NCBI GenBank assembly: GCA_965206645.1
Contig: CBDBKE010000002.1
Coordinates: 288,001 to 352,000, forward strand
Origin: Terriglobia bacterium
GTDB taxonomy: Bacteria; Acidobacteriota; Terriglobia; JAJPHL01; JAPKYU01
Direction: 5' to 3'
Length of the DNA stretch: 64,000 bases
The notes under the pieces were generated by a model, which worked only from the letters and a program-made list of their open reading frames with translations, was not told the origin of the DNA and did not search any database. Both the position numbers and the translations under genes were made by a program. This document shows, in pieces, positions 21,966 through 31,991 of this stretch. Positions within the stretch are counted from its first letter, which is position 1. Every line of letters begins with the position of its first letter.

Positions 21966-22739
21966 TCAGGCGCTGAGGTTTTTGAACGACTCCTTCATCT
22001 TGCGAAACTCAGACACCAGGATGTCTTGCTCGTTGGCTGCTTGCATGACGCGCGCGCCGCGCTGAAACGCTTTCTTGGCAGCATCCCGATTGGCTACGGG
22101 CATTCCCCACCACTTGCCGTGCTTCGCACAAGCCTTCGCCATCGCGTCGATGGCGTCCTCGACAACCTTGTGGCGCGACTGCCCCACGAGGCCATAACTC
22201 TGAGACAGGTCCCCCGGGCCGAGCAGGAGCACATCAATCCCCTCGGTGCCGGCGATCGCGTCCACGTCATCAACCGCCTCTTTGTCTTCAATGATGACGG
22301 CGACCAAAGTCTCGCGGTTGGCATGCTTGTAATACTCCATTTCAGGGACCGTGCCGTATTCCGCGTCGACGCTGCCGCCGGAGCCACGCATTCCCATCGG
22401 CCCATACTTGGCTTCGCGGACAATGGCCTTCGCATCCTCGCCTCCCATGCAGTGGGGGACAATGATTCCAGTGGCACTGGCTTCCAGCACCTTGATGGTC
22501 CCGGTGTACCCGGTGCGCGCGATTCGGACAATCGAATCCATATCGTGGGCTCGCGCTGCCAGGATCATCTGCGACAGTTCGCTGTAGTTGAAGTCGCTAT
22601 GCTCGTTTTCAATCCAGACGCCATCAAAACCAATGACACCCATCATGTCGATCAGCTTCCAGTGAGGGAGGATAAAGCACTGGGCCATGACCACGTATTC
22701 TCCGCGTCTCAACTTTTCCAACATCAAGCTTCGTCTCAT
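21966..22739 (-). CDS. HpcH/HpaI aldolase family protein (copy 2)
   Basis: Same motifs and same length (257 aa) as copy 1. Confidence 0.9.
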   Translation of the reverse strand: MRRSLMLEKLRRGEYVVMAQCFILPHWKLIDMMGVIGFDGVWIENEHSDFNYSELSQMILAARAHDMDSIVRIARTGYTGTIKVLEASATGIIVPHCMGGEDAKAIVREAKYGPMGMRGSGGSVDAEYGTVPEMEYYKHANRETLVAVIIEDKEAVDDVDAIAGTEGIDVLLLGPGDLSQSYGLVGQSRHKVVEDAIDAMAKACAKHGKWWGMPVANRDAAKKAFQRGARVMQAANEQDILVSEFRKMKESFKNLSA

Positions 22740-22879
22740 CGGTTCGCTCCAAGTGGTTTACGTGCTGTTCAATTTGGAAATGGTTCAGCGACCATGCGTG
22801 TCAGACGGCTCATCCTACTCGTCCCTCACCCGATTCTGCAAACGGAGACAGTCCGATCGCGGCGCAAATGACTCTATCT

Positions 22880-23842
22880 CTAGAAACCGGCTTTCTTGTC
22901 GCAGACATAAACCAACTGCTCGCCGGCTAAATAACGGCGCAGATTATCCTTGCAGATTTGCTTGCGGCGTTCCCACATTTGCGATGAATCCGCTGAGACA
23001 TGAGGCGAAATCAATACGTTGGGCGCGTCCCACAGAGGACTGTCGGCGGGAAGCGGTTCCTGGGCAACCACGTCCAGGCCAGCTCCGGCGACGTGCCCGG
23101 ACCGCAGGGCCTCAATCAGAGGTTCTTCCTCGACGATCTGACCTCTTGAAACCACGACAACTACTGCACCCTTCTTGAGCAGTTCCAGGCGCTTTCGATT
23201 AATGATGCCGCGCGTCTGGGCCGTCAGTGGGGCAGTGACAACGAGGTAGTCGGAGAGCGCCATGAGATCATCCAAACGGTCGAGCGTCCACACTTCGCGC
23301 ACACCTGGAGGCGGGGGCATTTTCTGGATGTCGACTCCGTAAACCTCCATATCGAATCCCCGAGCCCGTTCGGCGACGGCTTTGCCGATATCCCCCATAG
23401 CTACGATCCCCATCGTCGTGCCCGCCAGTTCTCTCATTCGTCCGAAATACTTCAAGGTGTCCCAGCGATGCGCCCGCTGGTCCTCGATCAATTGAGGAAC
23501 GTTGTGAGCAAAAGCCAGGATCATGGCGAACGCATGGTCTGCCATGGAGACGACATGCGTCTTGCGACAATTGGTCATCACCACGTCGCTTTCCACTAGT
23601 TCAGGAATGCTTTCGACGATGTGGTCGAATCCAATGCCGATGTACTGGAACCAGCGCAGGCGTTTTGCCGCCAGGAACACGTCCCGGGCAATTTCGCCAA
23701 ATTGGACCTCAGCGTCCGGGACCTCCCGTAGTTGTTCTTCCTTGGTGTAGGCAACTCGAAACTCAACCTTGGGAAAGGTCGCTCGCAGATCTTTTACGAA
23801 CTCCTCGCCCATATCGTAGGCCAAGACCACTTTCATAACCAC
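22880..23842 (-). CDS. D-2-hydroxyacid dehydrogenase
   Basis: GIVAMGDIG nucleotide-binding motif, SRGQIVEE, AGLDV, EPLP, ISPH. Confidence 0.92.
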   Translation of the reverse strand: MVMKVVLAYDMGEEFVKDLRATFPKVEFRVAYTKEEQLREVPDAEVQFGEIARDVFLAAKRLRWFQYIGIGFDHIVESIPELVESDVVMTNCRKTHVVSMADHAFAMILAFAHNVPQLIEDQRAHRWDTLKYFGRMRELAGTTMGIVAMGDIGKAVAERARGFDMEVYGVDIQKMPPPPGVREVWTLDRLDDLMALSDYLVVTAPLTAQTRGIINRKRLELLKKGAVVVVVSRGQIVEEEPLIEALRSGHVAGAGLDVVAQEPLPADSPLWDAPNVLISPHVSADSSQMWERRKQICKDNLRRYLAGEQLVYVCDKKAGF

Positions 23843-24054
23843 CTCAGTTTACGCGAGATCTCCATGGCCAAAAATGTCAAAGCAACAGGTCACGGGGGTC
23901 GGATTGTACCACGCGCTTCTCACCCGGCTCGCACATTTTATTTGCCCGCCGCCTCCCAGTGCGCAGCTCCCCGTTAAGGAATAGTTAAGGAATACAAATA
24001 AGGCTTGGCAGTAGGTTGGGCTAAGGATCAAGCCCCAATTGGGAGCGACGGATT

Positions 24055-24118
24055 GGCCTCATCATTGGCCTTATCATTAGGCCTTATCATTAGGCCTTAT
24101 CAGGCGGCCTTATCAGGC
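24055..24118. repeat. 12-13-bp tandem repeat GGCCTTATCA(TTA/GGC), 5 copies
   Basis: Visible directly in the divergent intergenic region. Confidence 0.85.
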
Positions 24119-24261
24119 GGGAAGAACAGGGCCTCAGCGAGCCTCGAACCGCTCGCCTCCTCTTTGCATGCGGCGAAATCATTGCGTGTCAGTGGCCGGG
24201 GGTGTACAGTCGGGGCAGGAGAGTGAAATCGGAAATCCCCGGTTGGAACAGGAGGGCAACC

Positions 24262-26013
24262 ATGCGGTCAACTATTCGCAGGATAGGCACTTGTGGAGTC
24301 ATTGTGTGCGCGTTGACCCTGGCGTTGGCGCAGCAGCCCGCCAGCCGAGTGGTCATTTACCTCCCGCAGGGTCAAACCTTTTGGCCGGACTTGTCGATTT
24401 CACCCGATGGCACACAGGTCGCTTACATCGCCCGCACGGGCGACATCCTGCAGCTCTACGTTCGTCGCTTAAACGAACGGGAGAGCAGGCCAATTCCCGG
24501 CACTGCGGGGGCCTTCCATGGTGCTTTTTCTCCCGATGGGAAGTGGCTTGCCTTCGGCGGACTTGACGGACTGCTAAAGAAGGTGTCGGTTTCCGGCGGA
24601 GAGATCCAGACCCTGTGCACGTACAGCGAAATAGCAGGTGGGGGGTATCTAGGTCAAAGCTGGACTCCGAACGGGGACGCTCTCATTTTCGCAGGCCCGT
24701 CCGGTCTGTTCCGAGTTTCGGCCGCCGGGGGTACCCCTAAGGTGATCGCCACTGTGATCGAGGCAACCAAAGACTTTCATGCCTGGCCGCAGGTCCTCCC
24801 AGACGGCAAGGCAGTGCTGTTTACTGTGGGGCAAAAAAGCGGTCCATCAGTCGCTGTGCGTTCACTGGAAACTGGCGAGCAGCGGACCCTGATCGAGCAC
24901 GGCTCCCATGCTCGGTATGTACCAACCGGCCACCTCGTCTTTGCACGGGATGACAAGTTGTTGGCGGCGCCTTTTGCCCTCGACCAGCTTCAGTTAACAG
25001 GATCGCCCGCCGTCGTCCTCGCGGGGATCGCGAATTATTCTGCAGAACTGGGAGAGACACCGTTCAGCGTGTCTGAGAGCGGATCGCTCGTCTATGTCCC
25101 GGGTTCTCCTTCTGTGAGTAAGCGCACGCTGGTCTGGGTAGATCGCCAGGGAGCGGTTGAGTCCCTGGCGGCACCTCCACGCAACTATGACAACCCCCGC
25201 CTCTCACCCGATGGCCAGCGGCTGGCCGTCCAGATCGGGCCCGAAACCGGCAACTCCGACATCTGGATTTACCACATCCCGCGGGGGACATTGACCCGGC
25301 TGACGATTGAGGGAGACGACTTCGGTCACCTCTGGGCGCCGGATGGAAAACGGGTGGCATTTGGTTCGGCCAGGGGCGGCGGAGCTGCGAACCTGTTTTG
25401 GAAACCTGCCGACGGCAGCGGCCCCGCAGAGCAGCTCACGGAAAGTGAACGCTTCCAGATGCCTTCGTCCTGGTCCGCGGACGGGAAAGTCGTGGCCTTT
25501 TTTGAACGTCATCCCGCCACGGGGTGGGACATCTGGGTTCTTCCGTTGCAGGGGGAGCGCAAGCCGCGCCCCTTCCTCCAAACCCGATTTGGTGAAACCG
25601 GGGCGGTGTTCTCCCCGGACGGTCACTGGCTCACGTATGTCTCCAATGAGTCCGGCCGGCGGGAAGTCTATGTCCAGGCGTATCCCGGCCCCGGCGGCAA
25701 GTGGCAGATCTCCACCGAAGGCGGCAATGGGGCGGTCTGGGCGAAGAACGGGAAGGAACTGTTCTACCGCAACGGCGACAAGATGATGGCCGTTGAGATT
25801 ACAACGCAGCCAACCTTTCGTGCGGGCGCCCCCACCCTACTGTTTGAGGGACAGTACGTTCAGTCGGGCCCGGGGCGTGCAAACTACGACATCACGCCCG
25901 ACGGCCAGCGGTTCCTTATGATCAAGCTAGGTAAGCCAGGCGCAACACAAATCAACGTCGTGCTCAACTGGTTTGAAGAGCTGAAGCGCCTCGTTCCCAC
26001 CGAAAAAAACTGA
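24262..26013 (+). CDS. Secreted TolB-like/PD40 beta-propeller protein
   Basis: GGAGG SD, signal peptide, repeated SPDG motifs, WQISTEGG, INVVLNWFEELKR. Confidence 0.85.
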   Translation: MRSTIRRIGTCGVIVCALTLALAQQPASRVVIYLPQGQTFWPDLSISPDGTQVAYIARTGDILQLYVRRLNERESRPIPGTAGAFHGAFSPDGKWLAFGGLDGLLKKVSVSGGEIQTLCTYSEIAGGGYLGQSWTPNGDALIFAGPSGLFRVSAAGGTPKVIATVIEATKDFHAWPQVLPDGKAVLFTVGQKSGPSVAVRSLETGEQRTLIEHGSHARYVPTGHLVFARDDKLLAAPFALDQLQLTGSPAVVLAGIANYSAELGETPFSVSESGSLVYVPGSPSVSKRTLVWVDRQGAVESLAAPPRNYDNPRLSPDGQRLAVQIGPETGNSDIWIYHIPRGTLTRLTIEGDDFGHLWAPDGKRVAFGSARGGGAANLFWKPADGSGPAEQLTESERFQMPSSWSADGKVVAFFERHPATGWDIWVLPLQGERKPRPFLQTRFGETGAVFSPDGHWLTYVSNESGRREVYVQAYPGPGGKWQISTEGGNGAVWAKNGKELFYRNGDKMMAVEITTQPTFRAGAPTLLFEGQYVQSGPGRANYDITPDGQRFLMIKLGKPGATQINVVLNWFEELKRLVPTEKN

Positions 26014-26034
26014 TCTCGCCCAATACCACTAAGC

Positions 26035-26661
26035 GTGGAAATCCAGGGTGGCGGGTCCGGCAAGAACGCCAAGCAGAACCGCAACACGGTTACTGTCCGC
26101 CTGAAACGAGGAGTGAAGCTCGATTGGGACCGGCTGGAACGCCACTTCTACCTCAGCTCCAGTTGCGGGGTCTGCGGGAAAGCCTCGATCGAGGCGCTAC
26201 AGGCCACCGGCTGCCCCACTCTGCCCTCGGCCAAGCCTCTCATTGATTCCTCGGTGATCCACCGCCTGCCCCAGACTCTGCGGAGTTCCCAGGCCCTTTT
26301 TGACCGCACCGGCGGCCTGCACGCCGCCGCTCTGTTTAACTCCACGGGAAAACTGCTGAGCATGCGAGAGGATGTGGGCCGGCACAATGCCCTGGATAAA
26401 TTGATCGGCGCTGAATTCCTGAAGAATCGCTTACCTCTTTCCAACAGGCTGGCCGATAGGCTGCTGCTGTTGAGTGGACGCACCAGCTTTGAGCTGGTGC
26501 AGAAGGCGTTGATGGCGGGGATTCCCGTGCTCGCCGCTGTAGGCGCGCCTTCCAGCCTTGCCGTCGAGCTTGCCTTAAGATTCCAGATGACGCTGGTGGG
26601 ATTCGTGCGCAACGACCGGTTCAATATCTATTCCGGGGGCTGGCGCATCCAGGGAGTCTAA
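26035..26661 (+). pseudogene. fdhD: FdhD sulfurtransferase, N-terminally truncated
   Basis: SSCGVCG, TGGLHAAAL, EDVGRHNALDKLIG, SGRTSFELVQK present; usual N-terminal EEP/TMRTPG region absent, in-frame stop 21 nt upstream of the GTG. Confidence 0.75.
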
Positions 26662-26662
26662 G

Positions 26663-28321
26663 CCGGAATTTCCATTTTGAGCTTCCCCTTCACCCGAAAA
26701 CCTATGCCTCTTACCCTGTCGTGTCAATCGCAAATCGCCCGGGCCTCTTTGAGGTGGTAGTGCGGCACATTTTGGCTGTTCTTCGGAGTCGCTGTGCGGG
26801 TTTCGCCTGCCCAGCCTGCCTCGCCGCTGACACTTGTCCGGCCCGACCACTTCTGAGCACCTAAAATTACCCTCTCTCCTGGGTCGCTAGCCGTCTGGCA
26901 GCGGCAGTGCCGAGATCGTTCGCAGCATGCTGCTGAACAGCCTCCGGCTCAAGTGCCCTTCGGCCAGCAAAAGCCAGTAATATCGCGCATGTTTCACCAG
27001 CCGTCCTCCCGTTTTCACCAGCCGCTGCTGCAAACTCGTCAGCGACCAGTTGTTGATCCTCTTCGGTAGCACCAGCCGCCGCCACAGGTTTCCCAAGTTG
27101 TAGGCGATCAGGCTCAGCCATAGGCGCACCTCGTTCGACCGAAACCGATGGCAACTCAGCCGGGTCATCTTTACCGCCTGCTTGCCTTCCTTGATCCATT
27201 GCTCTGCGGTGCCCCGCTTGTTGTAGAACCGGACCACCGCCCGGCTGTCGGTCTCCAGATTGGTGACGATGAACTCCACGCGAGGGAACAGTTCGCCAAA
27301 GTGGAACTCCACCTTCGCCACCACCCGCCGCGCCTTTTTCCAACTGGCTGCCTGGTAGAGAAAGCTCTTGTACCAGACCACCGGCTTGTGGCTCGGTCGC
27401 CCCACTGACCGCGTCAACAACTCCGCGATGTCCCTCTCCAGACTGTCGTTGGCCGGGATGCGAATCGCATACTTCACGTCCCGCTCCTCCAGTGCGTCGT
27501 AGATCTCCGGCTTGGCGAAGGCGGCGTCGGCGCGAAACACCACTTCCTTGCCCAGCTTCTGCTGCCGTTCGATCTCTGGCAGGAGAAGTTCTTCCCAATC
27601 CTCGGCGCTGTGCACGTTGCCGGGTCGCAGCTTGGCCGCCAGACAGTCACCCTCGCGACTGAACAGCAACAACGGGTGATAGCAACTCGACTCGAAATGC
27701 CCGTTGTAGGCGCTCTGCTCCTGTTCGCCGTAGACCGGGATCTCGGTGCTGTCCATGTCCAGCACCACCCGGCGCGGCGCATCCATAGCTTCCGCCCTGG
27801 CGATCAAATCCCGGTTGATCGCTGCCAAACCAGCAAGGTTCTCGTCTTGCGTCAGCAGTTCTGTCTCGAACGACTGTAACCGGGAAGTCAGGGCTGCGCC
27901 ACGTTCCCAGATCTTCTCCGAACCGATCAGCCGGAACGTCGGATCTTGGGAAAGCCGCTCGGCGTCGTTGACGTCTTCGTATCCTGCCAAGCGGCTGTAG
28001 ATGGACTGCCGCAGCAAGTCAGCGAGGGGCAACCGGGTGTTCTTCCCCCGAGAGTCGATCAAGTGCTGTTCGATAAGTTCGCCGAACCCCAAACGTTCGT
28101 CCAACTCGCGCACCACAATCAGACCGCCGTCGGAAGTGATTCGCGATCCCTGAAATGTGACCCGCAGAAACCGGTTGAATGACAGTTGAAACGCCTGTTT
28201 TTGGCTCTCACCCATTCGGTGTACACCTCCGGAAGGCAATGTTGATGCTGGAACCCGCATCAATACTGACGTTGGAGTCATTCAGAAGGTTGCCGCCGAT
28301 AGTTCATAAAGGAAATCCGGG
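26663..28321 (-). mobile_element. IS1380-family insertion sequence, copy 1 (1659 bp)
   Basis: Termini CCGGAATTTCC / GGAAATCCGGG; CTAAG duplication at 26658-26662 and 28322-28326. Confidence 0.95.
26887..28215 (-). CDS. IS1380-family transposase
   Basis: TSDGG, AGYEDVND, LDMDST, RADAAF, YNKRGTAEQWIKEGK. Confidence 0.95.
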   Translation of the reverse strand: MGESQKQAFQLSFNRFLRVTFQGSRITSDGGLIVVRELDERLGFGELIEQHLIDSRGKNTRLPLADLLRQSIYSRLAGYEDVNDAERLSQDPTFRLIGSEKIWERGAALTSRLQSFETELLTQDENLAGLAAINRDLIARAEAMDAPRRVVLDMDSTEIPVYGEQEQSAYNGHFESSCYHPLLLFSREGDCLAAKLRPGNVHSAEDWEELLLPEIERQQKLGKEVVFRADAAFAKPEIYDALEERDVKYAIRIPANDSLERDIAELLTRSVGRPSHKPVVWYKSFLYQAASWKKARRVVAKVEFHFGELFPRVEFIVTNLETDSRAVVRFYNKRGTAEQWIKEGKQAVKMTRLSCHRFRSNEVRLWLSLIAYNLGNLWRRLVLPKRINNWSLTSLQQRLVKTGGRLVKHARYYWLLLAEGHLSRRLFSSMLRTISALPLPDG

Positions 28322-28438
28322 CTAAGAGCAGTTATCGCAGGATATGGCCGTATGGGTTTTCGCATACTTGTGGCAAAATGGGCAGGCCTATTGGCTTGCT
28401 GGGCCGTTCCTGAAAATCTATGACGGGGAGAAGAGAGT

Positions 28439-29275
28439 ATGGAGCTGCGCCGTCCGTCCCTCCTGGGCGAATGTTCGGCTGAATTCATTGGCACCTACAT
28501 CTTGGTCTTGCTCGGTGATACGGCGGTAGCAGTGGCCGTATTCACCGGAGGCTACGACCTGGCTGGAGTGGCCATGATGTGGGGTGTGGGTGTCGCGCTG
28601 GGCGTTTACGTAGCGGCAGGCGTATCGGGCGCGCACCTGAATCCTGCTGTGAGCGTTGCTCTTGTGGCTTGGCGGAAGTTTCCCGTACGGAAATTGTTTC
28701 CCTTTATTTTCTCTCAGGTAGCCGGCGCTTTCACCGCAGCGCTCACGATTTATCTGTGCTGGCGCGGAATGTGGGAGCCAACCGCGGCCCGCTTAGGCGT
28801 CAGTGTGGGTGAGCCCGGCAGTCAGAAGCTGATGATGGTGTTTTCTTGTTTCTATCCCAATCCGGGCATGGTGGGCATCGGCCCTGAGGACCTGGCGAAG
28901 GTTACTACCGGCGCGGCTTTTTTGACGGAAGCGGTTTTGACCGCAATCTTAGTGCTTGCCATTCTCGCTTTGATAGACGATCGGAACCCCGCAGCTCCCA
29001 AGTCGAACCTGGCACCCTTCTTTATAGGTCTCACTGTCATGGGCCTCATCGCCATTGGCGCGCCCCTGACGATGGTGGCGATCAATCCAGCCCGTGACTT
29101 CGGCCCCCGCCTGTTCGGATATCTGGTGGGTTACGGTGACGTTGCCTTCCCTGGCCCGCGCGGCCATGAATGGTGGCTCTATATTGTGGCTCCAATGACA
29201 GGCGCCCTGCTAGGAGGCCTCGTCTACGAGGCTGGACTCCGCCGCTTCTTGCCTGCCAGCAAGGACGCGTCCTGA
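28439..29275 (+). CDS. MIP family channel (GlpF-like aquaglyceroporin)
   Basis: SGAHLNPAV and INPARDFGPR motifs; hydrophobic segments. Confidence 0.92.
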   Translation: MELRRPSLLGECSAEFIGTYILVLLGDTAVAVAVFTGGYDLAGVAMMWGVGVALGVYVAAGVSGAHLNPAVSVALVAWRKFPVRKLFPFIFSQVAGAFTAALTIYLCWRGMWEPTAARLGVSVGEPGSQKLMMVFSCFYPNPGMVGIGPEDLAKVTTGAAFLTEAVLTAILVLAILALIDDRNPAAPKSNLAPFFIGLTVMGLIAIGAPLTMVAINPARDFGPRLFGYLVGYGDVAFPGPRGHEWWLYIVAPMTGALLGGLVYEAGLRRFLPASKDAS

Positions 29276-29611
29276 CCGGGACCGCTTGCTGAGGCGCGCG
29301 GCTCTGTATTTTTGACGCGCTTCCGAGCCACGAGCGTGAGCGAGTGGTCATGAACTTTTGTAGCGAATTCCTGGGACCCAACACTAGATCCATCAGCGGA
29401 ATGGCCGAGGCCAGCCATGATGTCACCCGGGAGAGACCGCGGCAATCTGAGCTTGACTCGACAGGACTGCGGGCGTACGCTTCCGATGCTTTTGGGCGCC
29501 GGTAGTGGGCTACTTTGATTCCGAAGGAAAAGCTCAAATAGGGAATCCCAGTCCAATAGGCTCTCTTCCACCGGTTATGATCAGATTCCACGCAAAGGAG
29601 GGTTTCTCCCA

Positions 29612-30760
29612 ATGGAGCGAGTGACACCAATGGGGCAAGTGATAAAGGTTGTGCTTTGGAGTTTCGTCATCGTAGTTGCAATGAGCCCGTGCGTAGCGCC
29701 AGTTCATGCGCATCACGCTCCTGGTTTTGCAGCTTTGGCAAAGGCAGCGCCCGCATCTTCGGCGGCCGCTACATCACACGCTGCTGGAATCAGCGGTCAA
29801 GGAGAGATGAAATTCAAGGTTTTGTACACCTCCGATCATCTGCCGAAAGAAGCCCAGAAGGTGTTGAAGGCCGCCCACGGCGGCTTCGCAGTCGATCGCC
29901 GCCCGGGAAAAGGGGAAATCTACTTCGCACTGACTGGGGCGGGAATTATGCAGATCAGCGGTGATCTCAAAACGATTCGACTGCTAAAGACGCCAGACGA
30001 AGTGAACAACACGAACATGCACAATACCACCATCTGGTATGCTCCCGATGGCACCGCATATTTAACTTTTCCAGCGAACGATACTGGCCACGTCTTCACG
30101 ACAACTCTCGATGGAAAACTTGTTCACACCCTGAACGCACCGACCGCAAAGGACGACTTCGATGAACCGACAGTCAACCAGTATTTCTCCGCGCTGGGCA
30201 ACTTCGTGCCGACCGATGTGGAGCAGCTGGACGGGCTTTTTTATGTGACAACAGGCTATTCCAGCCTGGACTTCGTATTGACCGCCCGGATTCTGAGCAC
30301 GAATCCTTTCCGGACGGTTTGGCACCACCTGGCGTTTGGCGGCAAGGGGGGCGGAGTCGGCCAGTTCGGCTCGGCACATGGCATTACCGTGCCCCAAGGA
30401 ATAAAGCGGCTGGATGTTTCGGACCGACCGAACGCTGAGATAGATCGCTTCACTCGCTACGGCCATCATCGCGCCACGGTGAACTTCCCCAACGGCACCT
30501 ACCCTGGTGATATCGATTATGAAGGGGACTATGCCGTGGCAGGTTCTCTGCATGGGCCTGACCGGAGCAAAGGCGCTCCTATCCACATCCTGAAGAATGA
30601 CAAATTGATTTCGACCCTCATGCCCAAGGAGGATCTGGGCCTGAAGAACTTTCAGCACATCCACAATGCCGTGATTCTCAAGGTTGGCGGTAAGTTCTAT
30701 GTGATCGCGCAGGCGTGGAACCCCGGTGATTTCGCCATCCTAGAGCAGGTGACGGATTAG
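29612..30760 (+). CDS. Secreted hypothetical protein, probably NHL-like beta-propeller with His motifs
   Basis: Signal peptide; AHGGFAVD, GQFGSAHGIT, QHIHNAV. Confidence 0.55.
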   Translation: MERVTPMGQVIKVVLWSFVIVVAMSPCVAPVHAHHAPGFAALAKAAPASSAAATSHAAGISGQGEMKFKVLYTSDHLPKEAQKVLKAAHGGFAVDRRPGKGEIYFALTGAGIMQISGDLKTIRLLKTPDEVNNTNMHNTTIWYAPDGTAYLTFPANDTGHVFTTTLDGKLVHTLNAPTAKDDFDEPTVNQYFSALGNFVPTDVEQLDGLFYVTTGYSSLDFVLTARILSTNPFRTVWHHLAFGGKGGGVGQFGSAHGITVPQGIKRLDVSDRPNAEIDRFTRYGHHRATVNFPNGTYPGDIDYEGDYAVAGSLHGPDRSKGAPIHILKNDKLISTLMPKEDLGLKNFQHIHNAVILKVGGKFYVIAQAWNPGDFAILEQVTD

Positions 30761-30865
30761 CAAAATCGCTTTTGGCCGTCCTGCTGACATAGGGCCGCGG
30801 CGGCCCAGATGGCAGGAACCCCACCCCTGGGGCGCGGTCAGGGCTTTCGAGCCGCGGAGGGCATC

Positions 30866-31777
30866 ATGAGCCAAGCGGAACGAATCACTCGCCGGTCCGC
30901 GTTGGCCCGCGTGGCGGCCGGCGCCACAGTGGCGGCGACCGGAGCACTGGCGGAACCGGAAGCCGTAGCAGCGATCGCAAAGCCCGACCATCACGGCGAG
31001 GTCGGCCGGCAGAAGCTGAAGGGCAACATCCAGCAGTCAGTGTGCAAATGGTGCTATCCGAAACTGTCGGTCGAAGAGCTGGTGCGCGAATCGGCCAAGA
31101 TGGGCATCGTAGGCATAGACCTGATCCGGCCGCCCGACTGGGACACCGCGTTCAAGTACGGGATTCGACCGGTGATGGGATACGTCGCGAGCGGAAACCC
31201 TCCCGACGGAATCAACAGCAAAGCCGACCACCCCAAATTCGAGAAAGAGTGCCGAAAGAACATTGACCTGGCCGACAAGGCCGGCGTGCCCAACCTGATC
31301 TGCTTCTCCGGCAACCGCCGCGGCATGACCGACGAAGAGGGCCTGGAGAACTGCTACATTTTCCTGAAAAAAGTCACCCCCCAGGCCGAAGACAAAGACA
31401 TCATGATCTGCATGGAGCCGCTGAACAGCAAGGTCGACCACCCCGATTACCAGTGCGACCGCACGCGGTGGGGTGTGGAACTGGTGAAGCGGGTGAACTC
31501 GCCCCGGTTCCGGTTGCTCCACGACATCTACCACATGCAGATCATGGAAGGCGATGTGATCCGAACGATCCGCGACAACATTCAGTACATCGCCCACTTC
31601 CACACGGGCGGTGTCCCTGGGCGCAACGAGATCGACAGCACGCAGGAACTCAACTACGCCACCGTCACCCAGGCCATCATCGAGACCGGGTTCAGCGGCT
31701 ACATGGCGCACGAGTTCGTCCCCAAGCGTGACCCGATGGCTTCACTGCGAGAGGCCGTGCTGCTCTGCGACGTCTGA
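30866..31777 (+). CDS. Hydroxypyruvate isomerase-like TIM barrel with Tat signal
   Basis: TRRSAL; ICFSGNR, EPLNSKVDHPDY, DIYHMQIMEG, GRNEID. Confidence 0.88.
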   Translation: MSQAERITRRSALARVAAGATVAATGALAEPEAVAAIAKPDHHGEVGRQKLKGNIQQSVCKWCYPKLSVEELVRESAKMGIVGIDLIRPPDWDTAFKYGIRPVMGYVASGNPPDGINSKADHPKFEKECRKNIDLADKAGVPNLICFSGNRRGMTDEEGLENCYIFLKKVTPQAEDKDIMICMEPLNSKVDHPDYQCDRTRWGVELVKRVNSPRFRLLHDIYHMQIMEGDVIRTIRDNIQYIAHFHTGGVPGRNEIDSTQELNYATVTQAIIETGFSGYMAHEFVPKRDPMASLREAVLLCDV

Positions 31778-31903
31778 GCCTCAATCTCAGCAACGAAGCG
31801 ATCTCACTCTGTTGACATCCTCGACTCCCTAGCCTTCGGCATCGAGAGCCTGATTCTCACAGCGCATCAAGGGTCCAAGGGTCGCTGCCCATCCGGTCTG
31901 CGC

Positions 31904-31931
31904 TTGACACGGAGGGTGGCTGACGTATGCT
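31904..31931 (+). promoter_or_regulatory. Putative sigma70 promoter TTGACA-N16-TATGCT
   Basis: Consensus -35, near-consensus -10, 60 nt before a gene with GGAGGA SD. Confidence 0.5.
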
Positions 31932-31991
31932 GCTGAGCGAAAAGGGAAGCTCGAATCGGAAATTGCAGCTCCAGACGAAGGAGGAGGAACA

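Noticed and set aside
29082-29630. 182-aa minus-strand ORF
   Set aside because: Overlaps both flanking genes and has no recognisable motifs
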